A DNA stretch of 64,000 nt from Vulcanimicrobiota bacterium (GTDB lineage Bacteria > Vulcanimicrobiota > Vulcanimicrobiia > Vulcanimicrobiales > Vulcanimicrobiaceae). Below the pieces are notes generated by a model. It was not told where the DNA came from, did not search any database, and was given only the letters and a program-made list of their open reading frames with translations. The stretch lies in NCBI GenBank assembly GCA_963833095.1, contig CAWHWQ010000002.1, forward strand, positions 192,001 to 256,000, in the 5' to 3' direction. Position 1 is the first letter of the stretch. The number at the start of each line of letters is the position of its first letter. Positions 39,187-50,752 of this stretch are shown piece by piece. A program made the position numbers and the translations under genes.

Positions 39187-41809
39187 TCCTCGTCCACCAT
39201 CATCTCGACGTCATACCAATTTGCTCCGGACTTTACGGTAACTTCCAGCGGCACCGAGAGCGTGAGCGCTTCCTCCATCTCGCGACGCACGAGGTTGGCA
39301 AGCGCCTGCAAGTCGCTGCGGTGCACTTCGAAAATCAACTCGTCGTGAATTTGCAGTAGCATCGTTGCATCCAATCCGGCAGTCCGCACCGCGCGGTCCG
39401 TTTTGACCATCGCGAGCTTCATCAAGTCTGCCGCACTGCCTTGTAACGGTGCATTGGTCGCTTCCCGTTCCGCCGAGGAGCGCAACATATAGTTGCTCGA
39501 GGTGAGCGCCGGCATGTAGCGGCGCCGTCCTAGAATCGTCGTCACGTACCCAAGTTCACGCGCCTCTTCGAGCGTGCGGTCGATGTAGGCACGCACCGAT
39601 GGGAAGCGCGCGAAGTACGCCTCGGTGATGGCGCGCGCTTCCGCGCGTGGAATCTCGAGCCGCTGCGCAAGACCGAAGTCCGACATTCCGTAGAGCAGGC
39701 CGAAGTTCACGCTCTTGGCCATGCGCCGTTGATTGCCGTCGGCGCTGACGTCGCTGCCTAAGTTAAAGATCTGGCGTGCAGTGAAGTCGTGGATGTCTTG
39801 GCCGTCCTCGAACGCGGTGCGCATCGCTTCGTCGCCGGAAAGGTGCGCCATCAAGCGCAGTTCGATCTGACTGTAATCGGCGGCAAGCAGCACGTAGTCG
39901 GGGCTCTTAGCCACGAACGCTTTGCGAATGCGCCGTCCCAGATCGCCGCGCACGGGAATGTTTTGGAGATTCGGATTGGTCGAGGAGAGGCGCCCAGTCG
40001 CCGTTGCCGTCTGATTGAAGACCGTGTGCAGGCGCGACTGTCCATCGAGTAACTGCGGAATGACGTCGATATAGGTGTTCTTGAGTTTGGTCACTTCGCG
40101 CCATTCGAGCACGAGTGCGCAGATCGGATAGTCTTTGGCCAGACCTTGCAAGATCTCGACGCCGGTCGCCCATCCGGTCTTGGTTTTCTTGCCGCCGGGA
40201 ATCTGCAGGCGCCCGAAGAGAATGTTGCCGAGCTGTAGCGGTGACCCGATGTTGAATTCTTCGCCCGCGAAGTCATAGATGTGCTGCTGTAGGCGCGCAG
40301 CCGCCGTATCGACTTCGTTCGCAAGGACGGTAAGCTCGGACGGATCGACCGCAATGCCCGCTGCTTCCATGCGCGCGAGCAGCGGTGCAAGCGGCACTTC
40401 TACCTCTTCGTAGACACGCATTTGCGCGCGCTGCTCGAGCAGCGGGCGCATCACGTCGAGCAGTTGCAGCGTGGCGTCGGCATGCGCCGCGGCGTTATCG
40501 GCCGGCGCCGCCTCCAGATGCTCGGCAGCCGCATCGATAACCGCGGAGAACGTGCGCGCGGGATTGAGCAGATGTGCTGCCAGCATCGCATCGTCTGTCA
40601 CCTGCGTAAGCGTCACGCCCTGGGATGCAAGCACGCGCGCGACGCGCTTGGCATCGTAGGCCACGATGCGCGGCGCGTTCTCGAGCACGTGTGCGAGTGC
40701 CGATCGAACCGGCTCGTAGGCAAGCGCGCCGGCGGCGAACGCCGTGCCGCTGCCATGCGCACCGCTGATGCCGATGGCATCCTCACGCACGGCCAGCGCC
40801 ACGCACGGCGAATCGGCGAGCCCGCGCAGCTCTTCGCCCAAACGTTCAAACTCGGGCGGGTCGACCGAGGCCACATAGGTACGGTAGGTGCCCTCGAGCT
40901 TTGCGTCACTCGCGAAGAGCGGGAGGCCATCGACCGGGGCCTTGAGCTGCGCCAGCAACGTCTTGAACTCGAGCTCGCGCGTAGAGCGGATAGAGCGCGG
41001 CATCGCCGGGTGCTTCGTAACGGCGTTCCCAATCGATGGTCAGCGGCAGATCGCGACGCACGAGCGACACGTCGCGACACACGCGCGCCTGTTCGCCGTA
41101 CACGTTCGATGAGGTTCTCGAGCTTGGGCGTGCCGGCCAGCGACGGATCGGCGATAAGCGCATCGAGCGATCCGGCTACTTTGATCAACTTGATCGCGGT
41201 CTTCTCACCGACACCGGGAATGCCGGGAAGATTGTCGGACGGATCGCCTTTGAGTCCCCGGTAATCCGCGAGCTGATCGGGCTGCAATTCGAAACGCTCG
41301 AATACCGCCGCCGGATCGTACCGCCCGAAATCGGTGATGCCGCGCCGCGTCGTCAACACGGTCGTGTGCTCGTCGACGATTTGCAGCAGGTCGAGATCGC
41401 CGGTCACAACCAGCGTCTCTTCGCCGGCTTCTTCGGCTTCGCGCGCGAGCGTCGCGATGATGTCGTCAGCCTCTTGCCCTTCGATTTCGACGATCGGAAT
41501 GTGATGCACCGCGAGCACGTCGCGCACCAGCGCGAACTGACTGCGCAGATCGTCGGGCATCGCCGTTCGCTGGGCCTTGTATTCCTTATAGAGCGCCACA
41601 CGGTCGACCGGCAGGCCCTTGTCGAACGCGGCGATCACGTGCGTCGGCTTCTCATCATGGATGATCTTGTTGAGCATCATCGTGAAGCCGTAAACCGCGT
41701 TGATCGGCACGCCGCGCATCGTCGTCAGCGGCGGCAACGCGAAGAACGCACGGTACACTAGACCGTACGTGTCAAGGAGCATCAGGCGGCTCGGGCGTTT
41801 ACGCGGCAC
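39183..41809 (-). CDS. polA: DNA polymerase I (frameshifts near 41000-41105)
   Basis: 5'-3' exonuclease (YRAFFALPPL, EADDII, GDPSDNLPG) and polymerase motifs (TGRLSSTNPNLQNIP, ADYSQIELR, LQIHDEL). Confidence 0.93.
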
Positions 41810-44191
41810 TCATTGCACCGTTATCGGCGACGATGCTGAGATCACCCGCCCGTCGTCGCTGATCGTGAGAATCGAGAGGGTATAACGCCCGCGCGCGTTC
41901 GGCATCTGCACCGCAATCGACGAGCCGTCGAAGTGCGCCACATTCCACCACACGTCTTGCGTGTCGGCTTGCTCGAGCGAGAGATTTTGCGGCGGGCTCG
42001 AACGCCGCTCGAATCCGATCACCTGGGCATGCTCGCCGGTCGAATCGACCCACGGATGCCAGGTGCGGCCTTCGGGTGCGCTTATCTGCGTCGCTGCGAT
42101 TCCCACGGCAAGCAACGCCGGCGCCGACTCGAAGAGCGCGCCGCCCGACGGCGCACCGCGGCTAATGCGCACGATAGTCGTTCCCGCTCCCGGCGCAACG
42201 TCGCGCAGCGTTACGTTTACCGGCGCGCCGGGTGCAAACGTATCGGACGGCATCGCAATGCTCGCGCTCAGCGGACGGCCGGGCGCGTCGAGCACGAGCG
42301 GTACGCTGCTCCACGCAATCGCACCATTGCGCACAAAGGCAGCGCCCGCGCGCAGATCGCCCGGCGCATCACTAATCCGCAACGAGGCTGAGGCACGGCC
42401 GCCGCGCACCGGGACAACGACGTTTTGCGTTCCGCTAGCGCTCTCGATGGTGATCAACGCATCGCCCTGCGCGCCCTCGAGCGTCGCATCGATGTGGACG
42501 TCGGCACCAGAACGATACACGTTGCGGTCGAGGGTGATGCGCACGTCGGCGCTGCCATTGAGACTCGTATCCTGCGTCGCCTGCGAGACAATATCCACTT
42601 GACCAGCGTCGGTGGTTTCGCGGCCATCGCTTTGAATCGTGGCAAAGACCAGATTGGTGCCAAGCGACGGCGCCGTAAACGCACCGTGCGCGTGACCGTC
42701 GGCGTCGAGCGTCAGTTGTTGCTCTTGCGTTGAAGGGCCGTGTTCGAGTCGAACGCTCACGTGCGCGCCGGCGAGCGGCCGGCCATCGCCGATCTCCGCG
42801 CCGAAGACGTCGAAGTTGACCGGCGTGCCAAGGGTTTGCGCGCTGCGATCGAGCTGTAGGCGAACGGCCACCGGCGCCGTCGGCACGACAATCCGTGTCA
42901 CGGCGCTCGCGCCCCCTGACTCGACGCGCACGCCGTAGGTCGAGGGCAAACGGTCGGTCGGATGCGCGATCAACACCGTCGCGCGCCCATCGCCACCGGT
43001 TTGCACGGTTTGGTCGAGCCAAGGCGACGTGCCCCATGGAACATCCTGCGGAGAATATCCGATATACACGTGCGGCGAGCGCACGATTTTGACGTGCACC
43101 GGCACATTGCCACGCGATGAGGTAATCACGACCGGCACGTCGGCAGACGCATTGCACGGTCCGTCGCATCCGCTAGCTACCTCCAGTGAAAGGCCGCTCG
43201 CATCGGCGTCGACGTGCACATTGGCACCGCCCACACCGCCATCAACCTGCGCGAGCACCGTGTAGTCGCCCGCGGCGGCGCTGGCTGGAATCGGAATATC
43301 CGCGGTAAAGGCGCCGGCTGCGTCGACGGGCGCTTGCACTTGCGTAAGCAGTGTACCGCCGAGGCGCACCGAAATCGCCGCGCTTCCCGCGGCAGGTTTG
43401 AGCGCGCCGTTCACGCGCGAACGAGCGAAGCCGACGATGCGAACCGTCCCGCCCGCGTGGACCACCGCTGTGTCGGTGCGCACGCCCACGATGGCCGCCG
43501 GCAAGGGCGCTTGCGGCGGAAAACTCGCGAAAGCGTAACTGTTGGCCCATTGCGCGAGAGCAAAGACGGGTCGCGTCATGCGGGTCCAGCGCACGATTCC
43601 GTGCGCATCGGTATACCGCGCCTCGAATCCGTTTTGCACGACGAACTGCACGCGCATATGCGCGAGCGCATGACCGGTGCCAAGGTCCGTTGCATAGAGG
43701 AGCAGTTCCCCCGGTGTATCCTTCGTCAGCAGTCCGACACGCGTCCGATTGATCCACACCTGCTCGCCGACATCGCCGCGGCGCGCTTCAACGACAAAAA
43801 ATCCTTCGCGCGATCCGAGCTGCACGTCGACGCCGCTGGATTGAAATTGATAGCCGCCGGGCGGCGTGAAAGTGAACGTACTGACGGGCCGTCGGCCGCG
43901 TGTGTCTATCGCGCGCGCTCGCGCGTTCGAACCCGCGGTCAGCACATCCGCCGGATCGACCTGATACACGGCAAATTGCACCGGCGCGCTGGAATACGTG
44001 TCGAGGCGTACCGTTGTCGCTTGCCACGGCACGTTTGAGTCGCTCGCGAAGAGGGCAAAGTAAGCGTCGAGTTTATGAAGATCGACAATTGGGCGCGCAG
44101 CGGAGGCGGGGGCTGCAAGCAACGCAAGCGCCAGCAGCACCATCAAGGACACACGAATTCGAAGCACGTCGAAGGTAGGGTTTCGCGGCAT
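41810..44191 (-). CDS. Secreted macroglobulin (MG)-domain protein, alpha-2-macroglobulin N-terminal-like
   Basis: Signal peptide, YTDAHGIVRW, RTDTAVVHAGGTV and LDRNVYRSGADV MG-type motifs. No CxEQ thioester. Start uncertain (44143-44245). Confidence 0.6.
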   Translation of the reverse strand: MPRNPTFDVLRIRVSLMVLLALALLAAPASAARPIVDLHKLDAYFALFASDSNVPWQATTVRLDTYSSAPVQFAVYQVDPADVLTAGSNARARAIDTRGRRPVSTFTFTPPGGYQFQSSGVDVQLGSREGFFVVEARRGDVGEQVWINRTRVGLLTKDTPGELLLYATDLGTGHALAHMRVQFVVQNGFEARYTDAHGIVRWTRMTRPVFALAQWANSYAFASFPPQAPLPAAIVGVRTDTAVVHAGGTVRIVGFARSRVNGALKPAAGSAAISVRLGGTLLTQVQAPVDAAGAFTADIPIPASAAAGDYTVLAQVDGGVGGANVHVDADASGLSLEVASGCDGPCNASADVPVVITSSRGNVPVHVKIVRSPHVYIGYSPQDVPWGTSPWLDQTVQTGGDGRATVLIAHPTDRLPSTYGVRVESGGASAVTRIVVPTAPVAVRLQLDRSAQTLGTPVNFDVFGAEIGDGRPLAGAHVSVRLEHGPSTQEQQLTLDADGHAHGAFTAPSLGTNLVFATIQSDGRETTDAGQVDIVSQATQDTSLNGSADVRITLDRNVYRSGADVHIDATLEGAQGDALITIESASGTQNVVVPVRGGRASASLRISDAPGDLRAGAAFVRNGAIAWSSVPLVLDAPGRPLSASIAMPSDTFAPGAPVNVTLRDVAPGAGTTIVRISRGAPSGGALFESAPALLAVGIAATQISAPEGRTWHPWVDSTGEHAQVIGFERRSSPPQNLSLEQADTQDVWWNVAHFDGSSIAVQMPNARGRYTLSILTISDDGRVISASSPITVQ

Positions 44192-44247
44192 CCCGGGAAC
44201 GGTCCCACGGGAAGGTCGGCTCCCCCGTGCCGCGTAAACCGGCAATC

Positions 44248-44415
44248 GTGAACCAGTCCGATTCCGCCGGGAACTCCCTCTCGACGCGTTGCCGTTACTG
44301 CGGGTGTGAAGACACCACCGAGAAAGCGCCGGATCCTTCCGAGCGCCGCCACCTGCAAGTCATCGTCGCATGCGGCTCTTGCGGGCGACCGTTCACCGTC
44401 CTTTCGGCGAATTAA
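44248..44415 (+). CDS. Small zinc-ribbon protein
   Basis: CRYC...CGSC in about 55 aa. Stop lies 1 bp before the next ATG. Alternative GTG start at 44227. Confidence 0.5.
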   Translation: MNQSDSAGNSLSTRCRYCGCEDTTEKAPDPSERRHLQVIVACGSCGRPFTVLSAN

Positions 44416-44416
44416 T

Positions 44417-44947
44417 ATGCGTACCGTTGCTCTCACGCTCGCACTTATCAGCGTCGCGCTTCCGGTTGCCGCTGCAACGCCAAAGCCGAAGGCGACGGCC
44501 GCGCCGGTGCGCGTCGTTCCTCATGCGCCCACCTTTCCCGAGCACGCCGAATTCCTGGTTGAAGTCAACGCCAAAGGGCAAGTCGTGCGCGTGAAATCAG
44601 CAAAGGGTATGGGCGATAAAGATCCGCTCTTCAACGCACATACCTATGGCAACGTGCTGCAGATGTGGATTCGCCACCCCGACGGGAGCGCCGAAGTGGG
44701 GCTCTATCGCGTGACCTTCGACTACGACCCGCACACTAAGCAAATCAGCCGCCACCAATTCCTGGTACAGCCGGGCGGCGATTGGGGCAACGAGAAGGGT
44801 GCAGCCGATGTCATGATGGAGACGGCGGAACGCGAGGCTCGCGAGCAAAAGGCAGCGCAGCAAGAAAAGCAGCAGTCACAGAACAAGAACTTGCCGCCGC
44901 TGAACACCATCGTTGGCCCGACGTCGGCGCCGTCCAACCGCCCTTAA
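44417..44947 (+). CDS. Secreted hypothetical protein
   Basis: Signal MRTVALTLALISVALPVAA; VEVNAKGQVVRVK loosely resembles a TonB C-terminal strand. Confidence 0.65.
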   Translation: MRTVALTLALISVALPVAAATPKPKATAAPVRVVPHAPTFPEHAEFLVEVNAKGQVVRVKSAKGMGDKDPLFNAHTYGNVLQMWIRHPDGSAEVGLYRVTFDYDPHTKQISRHQFLVQPGGDWGNEKGAADVMMETAEREAREQKAAQQEKQQSQNKNLPPLNTIVGPTSAPSNRP

Positions 44948-45131
44948 GCCGGCGCTCCCGCGCGAGTTCACGCTCGATCCGGTAGCGGATCGTGAGCGTA
45001 GTTGCACCTCCAAAGATGCGTACCCGACCGAAGAGCACGCGCGCGCCTTCATGCTAATGAACGGCGTCTCACTCACGGTTTATCCCTGTCGCTACTGCGA
45101 GCTATGGCATCTTTCAAGCCGGCGCGACTAG
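44913..45131 (+). CDS. Small Cys/His zinc-binding hypothetical protein
   Basis: CTSKDAY...YPCRYCELWHLS motif. Start uncertain. Confidence 0.5.
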   Translation: MARRRRRPTALKPALPREFTLDPVADRERSCTSKDAYPTEEHARAFMLMNGVSLTVYPCRYCELWHLSSRRD

Positions 45132-45799
45132 CACTTACCGGCACCGCGATCAACGTCGCCTTCTTTGCACTCGTGCTTTTTGTCCCCGCCTGGACGCTGG
45201 ATTGGTGGCGCGCATGGGTGATCATCGCAATCGTCGCCGCCGGAACGGCCGGTAGCACGATCGACCTTGCCCGCGCCGACACCGGCCTCATCGAAGAACG
45301 CTTTCAATCGCCGGTGCAAGAATCGCAACCGCTCGGCGACAAGATCGTTTTGATCGCTCTGCTGCTGTCGTTTTTCGGATATCTCATCTTCACGTCGCTC
45401 GATGCGATGCGGTTGCATTTGCTACCACCGCCGCCGGGGTGGCTGTCGTTCGCCGGGCTGCTGGCGACCATCGGCGGCTGGTCGATCGCCTGGCGCGCGC
45501 TGCGCGAGAACGCCTTTGCCGCGCCGGTCGTCAAGCTTCAAGAAAACCGTCGGCAACATGTGATCGACACGGGTCTGTATCGGTACGTTCGACACCCGCT
45601 TTACGCAGGCGGCGCCCTGCTCATCGTCGGCATTCCGCTGTGGCTGCAGTCGACCGCGGGAATGCTCTTGGCGTTCGTACCTGTTGCAGTACTGATCGTT
45701 CGCATTCTCCTCGAAGAGCGCTTTTTACAGCGAGAATTGGATGGATACGATGCGTACACCGGACGGGTCCGCTACCGACTCATTCCACTGATTTGGTGA
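45104..45799 (+). CDS. Isoprenylcysteine carboxylmethyltransferase (ICMT/PEMT) family membrane protein
   Basis: VIDTGLYRYVRHPLY, RILLEERFL and RYRLIPLIW motifs. Confidence 0.9.
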   Translation: MASFKPARLALTGTAINVAFFALVLFVPAWTLDWWRAWVIIAIVAAGTAGSTIDLARADTGLIEERFQSPVQESQPLGDKIVLIALLLSFFGYLIFTSLDAMRLHLLPPPPGWLSFAGLLATIGGWSIAWRALRENAFAAPVVKLQENRRQHVIDTGLYRYVRHPLYAGGALLIVGIPLWLQSTAGMLLAFVPVAVLIVRILLEERFLQRELDGYDAYTGRVRYRLIPLIW

Positions 45800-45823
45800 A
45801 CCGGGCATGCTACACTAGCCCGT

Positions 45824-46672
45824 ATGAAATTCGTCAGCTACATCACCAGTGACGGAAACGCGGCACCCGGTCTGGTCGAAGGCGGATCGATTCGGCGGAT
45901 CGACGCGCCATCGATGCAGGCATACATCGCGCTTCCCGCAGCGCAGCGCGCTGCCCGCCACAGCAAAGAGACCGTAGCCCTTGCCGACGTCCGCCTCGAC
46001 GCCCCCGTGCGTCCACTGCGCAACGTGTTCTGCGTCGGCCGCAACTATCTCGAGCACGCTAAAGAGGGTGCCGCGATCTTCGGCAAAGAGCTCAAGCTTC
46101 CCGACGTGCCGACCTTCTTCACCAAAGCGCGCCGACCGCGATCGCCGCTCGCGGAGCAGACGCTTCATTTTCAAGCCGACGTTTCGATGAATATGATTTT
46201 GAAGCCGAGCTTGCCGTCGTTATCGGCACCACGTGCAAAAACGTGCGTGAAGCCGACGCCATGAGTGTATTTTGGCTATACGGCGCTTAACGATGTCACC
46301 GCGCGCGATCTCCAGCGCGCGCATCTGCAGTGGTTCAAAGGAAAGAGTCTGGACGAATGCGCTGCCCGATACGGTCCCTGGATCGTTTCGCGCCGATGAA
46401 ATCGGCGACCCCAGCAAGCTTGAGATCATGTTTCGCTTAACGGCGTCGAAAAACAACACAGCAACACGGCCAAGATGATCTTCAACATCCCGCGCTTGAT
46501 CGCCGAACTCTCCAAAGGCATGACGCTCTTGCCGGGCGACGTCATTGCAACCGGAACGCCTGAAGGCGTCGGATTTGCGCGCACGCCGCCAGAGTTCCTC
46601 AAGAACGGCGACGTGATGGAGGTCGAGATCGAAAAGATCGGCACACTGCGCAATACCGTGTCGATCGCCTGA
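45824..46672 (+). CDS. FAH family hydrolase (multiple frameshifts)
   Basis: [24 protein letters not shown] and [15 protein letters not shown] across frames. Confidence 0.85.
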
Positions 46673-46718
46673 GCGCGAGCGCAGGGTTGCGCAATCCGGC
46701 ACGTGAACGCTAGCGCCC

Positions 46719-47838
46719 ATGATCGTCGCCATACCCCGTGAGGCCGCTTCGAAGGAGCGTCGCGTTGCGCTCGTTCCTGAAACGGTAAAAAAACTGATAC
46801 AGGCGCGGGGGTCCGTGCGCGTGCAGCGCGGCGCCGGGACCGCCGCCGCCTTTCCCGATGAACTCTACACGCAGGCCGGAGCGTCGATCGCCGACGATCC
46901 GGCTGCGCTCATTTCCGACGCCGATGTCGTCGTAACGGTGGGCAAGCCTGCGCAGAGCGTGCTCGCCGCAATGCGCAAAAACGCGACGCTGGTCGGTTTC
47001 TTCAATCCGCTCGGCGATCCCGCGTACGTTGCGAGAGCTTGCGCAGGCCGGCGTGACGGCGCTTGCGATGGAGATGATTCCGCGCATCACCCGCGCGCAA
47101 TCGATGGATGCGCTCTCGTCGCAAAGCAACATCGCCGGCTATAAAGCGGTGCTTATCGCGGCAGCGCACGCTGCCGAAGTTTTTTCCGATGCTCACGACT
47201 GCCGCCGGAACGATTCCGCCGGCGGAGGTGCTGGTGCTCGGCGCCGGCGTCGCGGGACTGCAAGCCATCGCGACCGCGCGCCGTTTGGGCGCGGTGGTCA
47301 GCGGCTACGACGTGCGCGCGGCGGTAAAAGAGCAAGTGCAGTCGCTCGGTGCGACGTTCCTGGAATTCGATCTCGGCGAAACGCCGAAGGCGCCGGCGGT
47401 TATGCAAAAGAGCTGACGCCCGAGCAACAAGAGCGCCAACGCGCCTGGATGGTCGAGCAGATCGGCAAGAACGACGTCGTGATCACGACCGCGCTCGTTC
47501 CGGGCCGCAAAGCGCCGCTGCTCGTAAGTGAAGCCGCTGTCGCGGCGATGAAGCCGGGCCGCGTGATCGTCGATCTTGCCGCCGAAGCCGGCGGAAACTG
47601 TGCGCTCACAAAGCGCGGTGAAACGTCGTCTCACCCAACGGCGTGAGCATCATCGGTGCGACCAACCTGCCGTCAACGATGCCGCACGATGCAAGCCAGC
47701 TGTACTCGCGCAACGTCTACGCGTTGCTCTCGCCGTTGATTAACGACGGAGCGCTCACGCTCGATATGAACGACGAGATCGATCAAAGGCGCATGCATCG
47801 CGCGCGACGGCGCACGTACTGATCGGAGGAGCGCCTGA
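46719..47838 (+). CDS. pntA: NAD(P) transhydrogenase alpha subunit, part 1 (frameshifted)
   Basis: [39 protein letters not shown] and [11 protein letters not shown] motifs. Confidence 0.9.
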
Positions 47839-48153
47839 GTGACCGACATCAACCACTTGCTCGAGCTGCTGACGGTTTTGGTGCTCGCGGTCTTCGTCGG
47901 CTTCGAAGTGATCTCGAAAGTGCCGACGACGCTGCACACGCCGCTGATGTCGGCGACCAACGCGATCCACGGCATCGTCGTTGCCGGCGCGATCGTGCGA
48001 TCGTGTCGCTCTTCAGCAGTGGCGGCGCCGGCACCGGTACTGACGATCGTGGCGACCGTGGCGGTGACGCTCGGCGCGATCAACGTCTTCGGCGGATTCG
48101 CCGTCACCGAACGAATGCTGCAAATGTTCAGCGGTAAGGGAGGCAGCAAGTGA
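47839..48153 (+). CDS. pntA: NAD(P) transhydrogenase alpha subunit, part 2
   Basis: KVPTTLHTPLMSATNAIHG and INVFGGFAVTERMLQMF motifs. Confidence 0.9.
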   Translation: MTDINHLLELLTVLVLAVFVGFEVISKVPTTLHTPLMSATNAIHGIVVAGAIVRSCRSSAVAAPAPVLTIVATVAVTLGAINVFGGFAVTERMLQMFSGKGGSK

Positions 48154-49556
48154 CCATCGCATCGCCATCTGCTCGATCTCGTCGCGATCGCGCTCTTCAT
48201 CCTCGGCCTGCACTTTCTCAACTCGCCGCCGACGGCGCGCCGCGGCAACCGCCTCGCGATGGTCGGCATGGTCATCGCGCTCGTTGTGGTCCTGGTGCAG
48301 ACCCTCGGCGTCGGCTGGTGGGCGATCGTGATCGGCATCGTGGTCGGCGGCGCGATCGGCGTCTTCGCGGCGCTCCATGTGAAGATGACCGCGATGCCGC
48401 AGATGGTCGCGCTCTACAACGGCGCGGGCGGCGGCGCGGCGGCGCTGATCGGCGTCGTGGAATACGTCGTGTTCAAGCGCAATGGCGGCGCCGCACTGGA
48501 TCCGGTCATCTCGGTTTCGCTGGTGCTCTCGGCGATCATCGGTGCGATCAGCTTCGCCGGTTCGATCATCGCGTTTCTCAAACTGCAAGAGCTGATGACC
48601 GGACGCCCGATCACCTATCCGGGGCAGCAAATCGTCAATGCACTCGTAGCGCTCGGCATCGTCGTGCTTGGCGGTATGGTTCATCGTCAAGCGCGGGCAC
48701 GCTGCCGATGTGGGGCTTCTTCCTCTTGCTCGCGGCCGCACTTGCATTCGGCGTGCTTTTCGTGCTGCCGATCGGCGGCGCGGATATGCCGGTCGTCATT
48801 TCGCTGCTCAACTCGTTCACCGGTCTCGCCGTCGCGATCGCGGGCTTCGAGACTCAATTCGCACGCTGCTGATCATCTGCGGCGCGCTCGTCGGCGCGAG
48901 CGGTACGCTGCTCACCGTCGTCATGGGCAAAGCGATGAACCGTCCGCTCACCAACGTGCTCTTCGGCGCGTTCGGCTCGGCCGGCGGCAGCGAACCAGCC
49001 GCGGCGGCGGGCGGCGCGCCGCAGAACGTCCGCAGCGCCAGCGCCGACGACGTCGCCGTGATGCTTGCGTATGCGCAGAAAGTGATCTTCGTTCCGGGCT
49101 ACGGCATGGCGGTCGCGCAGGCGCAGCACAGCGTCAAAGCGCTGGCGGATCAATTGGAAAAGCGCGGCGTCAAGGTCGTCTACGCGATTCATCCCGTTGC
49201 CGGACGCATGCCCGGCCACATGAACGTGCTGCTCGCCGAAGCCAACGTGCCGTACGACGCAGCTGCTCGACATGGAAGAGGTCAACCCCGAGTTTCCGAC
49301 AACCGACGTCGCGCTGGTCATCGGCGCGAACGACGTCACCAATCCCGCCGCGCGTAACGTGAAAAGTTCGCCGATCTACGGCATGCCGATTCTCGACGTC
49401 GACAAGGCCCACAACGTCATCGTCCTCAAACGCTCGATGCGCTCGGGCTTTGCCGGCATCGACAACCCACTCTACGAGATGCCCAATACCTCGATGCTCT
49501 TCGGCGACGCCAAAGCATCGGTCGATGCGCTCACCGCTGCGGTCAAAGCCTTGTGA
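48150..49556 (+). CDS. pntB: NAD(P) transhydrogenase beta subunit (frameshifted)
   Basis: [54 protein letters not shown] and GANDVTNP motifs. Confidence 0.92.
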
Positions 49557-49924
49557 TGGCGACGAAGCGCCGCCACATCGGGACCGGGAGCGTGTGGGAG
49601 GCGCGGGTCGGTTACGCGCGAGCGGTACGAATCGGCGACTTCGTGTTCGTTTCGGGAACGACCAGCGACGGCCCCGATGCCTACATGCAAGCCAAGGGCG
49701 CAATTGCGCGGATCGAGCGCGCGCTCGAAGAGGCCGGTGCCTCGCTCGACGACGTCGTGCGCACGCGCATGTTCGTGGTCGACATCGAGGATTGGGAATC
49801 GATCGCCAAGGCGCATCATGAAGCTTTCGCCGACGTGCGGCCGGCCGCAACGATGGTCGAAGTACGGCGGCTCATATCGCCCGAACTGTTGGTTGAAATC
49901 GAGGTCGACGCGTACATCGGTTAA
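49553..49924 (+). CDS. RidA/YjgF/YER057c family protein
   Basis: [22 protein letters not shown] and LVEIE motifs. Confidence 0.9.
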   Translation: MMATKRRHIGTGSVWEARVGYARAVRIGDFVFVSGTTSDGPDAYMQAKGAIARIERALEEAGASLDDVVRTRMFVVDIEDWESIAKAHHEAFADVRPAATMVEVRRLISPELLVEIEVDAYIG

Positions 49925-49933
49925 CCCAACCCT

Positions 49934-50752
49934 ATGTCTCTCAAACTGCATCGCTACCTCCGACGCATCAACTACGGCGGGCCGCTCTCACCGACACGCC
50001 AGACGCTGCACAATCTCCATCGTGCGCACCTGCTGGCGATACCGTTCGAGAACATCGACATACAACTCGGCCTGGTACCGTCCCTCGAGCCGGGCGACAT
50101 TTTTGAAAAGCTCGTCGTCCGCGAGCGCGGCGGCTGGTGCTTTGAACATAATTTGCTTTTCGCATGGGTGGTCAAACAAATCGGGCTGCGCGTGGATCTG
50201 ATCGGCGCGACCGTCAACCGCAGCCGCCATGTCGAAGGCGCACCGATCAATCATCTCGCGCTACTCGTGCACTTGGACGAACCATATCTCGCCGACGTCG
50301 GCTTCGGCAACGGATTCCTCGTGCCGACACCGCTTCGCGAGGGTACGTTCAACGATGGGCGATTCGACTTCAAGCTGACGTGCCACGGAAATTACTGGCG
50401 CTTCTACAATCACCGCGAAAACGGCGCGACCTACGACTTCACGGGCGAGACGGTGGATCTCGCGACAATCGATGCTGCAAACCGCAGCCTCGCCACCACC
50501 AGCGAATCCCCGTTCGTTCAGACACTCGTCTGCGCGCAGCTCACCGAAAATGGGATGACGACACTCACCAACGCGGCTTTACGCCTGTATTCGCCCGCCC
50601 ACATGAATGAGGAATCGGCATCATCCCATCCAGCCTTCGAGCGTATCCTGCGCGAGCACTTTTCACTTACCATCGACCGCAGCGAGGCGCTGTGGACGCG
50701 CGTCGCCGATCAGCACAAACGATGGCTGCGCAAGCGTATCCGCGGCTTCTAG
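49934..50752 (+). CDS. Arylamine N-acetyltransferase
   Basis: IPFENID, RGGWCFE, NHLAL and DVGFG (Cys-His-Asp triad). Confidence 0.92.
   Translation: MSLKLHRYLRRINYGGPLSPTRQTLHNLHRAHLLAIPFENIDIQLGLVPSLEPGDIFEKLVVRERGGWCFEHNLLFAWVVKQIGLRVDLIGATVNRSRHVEGAPINHLALLVHLDEPYLADVGFGNGFLVPTPLREGTFNDGRFDFKLTCHGNYWRFYNHRENGATYDFTGETVDLATIDAANRSLATTSESPFVQTLVCAQLTENGMTTLTNAALRLYSPAHMNEESASSHPAFERILREHFSLTIDRSEALWTRVADQHKRWLRKRIRGF

Noticed and set aside
46684..46697. Palindrome GGGTTGCGCAATCC upstream of pntA as a Rex operator
   Set aside because: Does not match the Rex consensus TTGTGAA-N4-TTCACAA. The short core could be chance.
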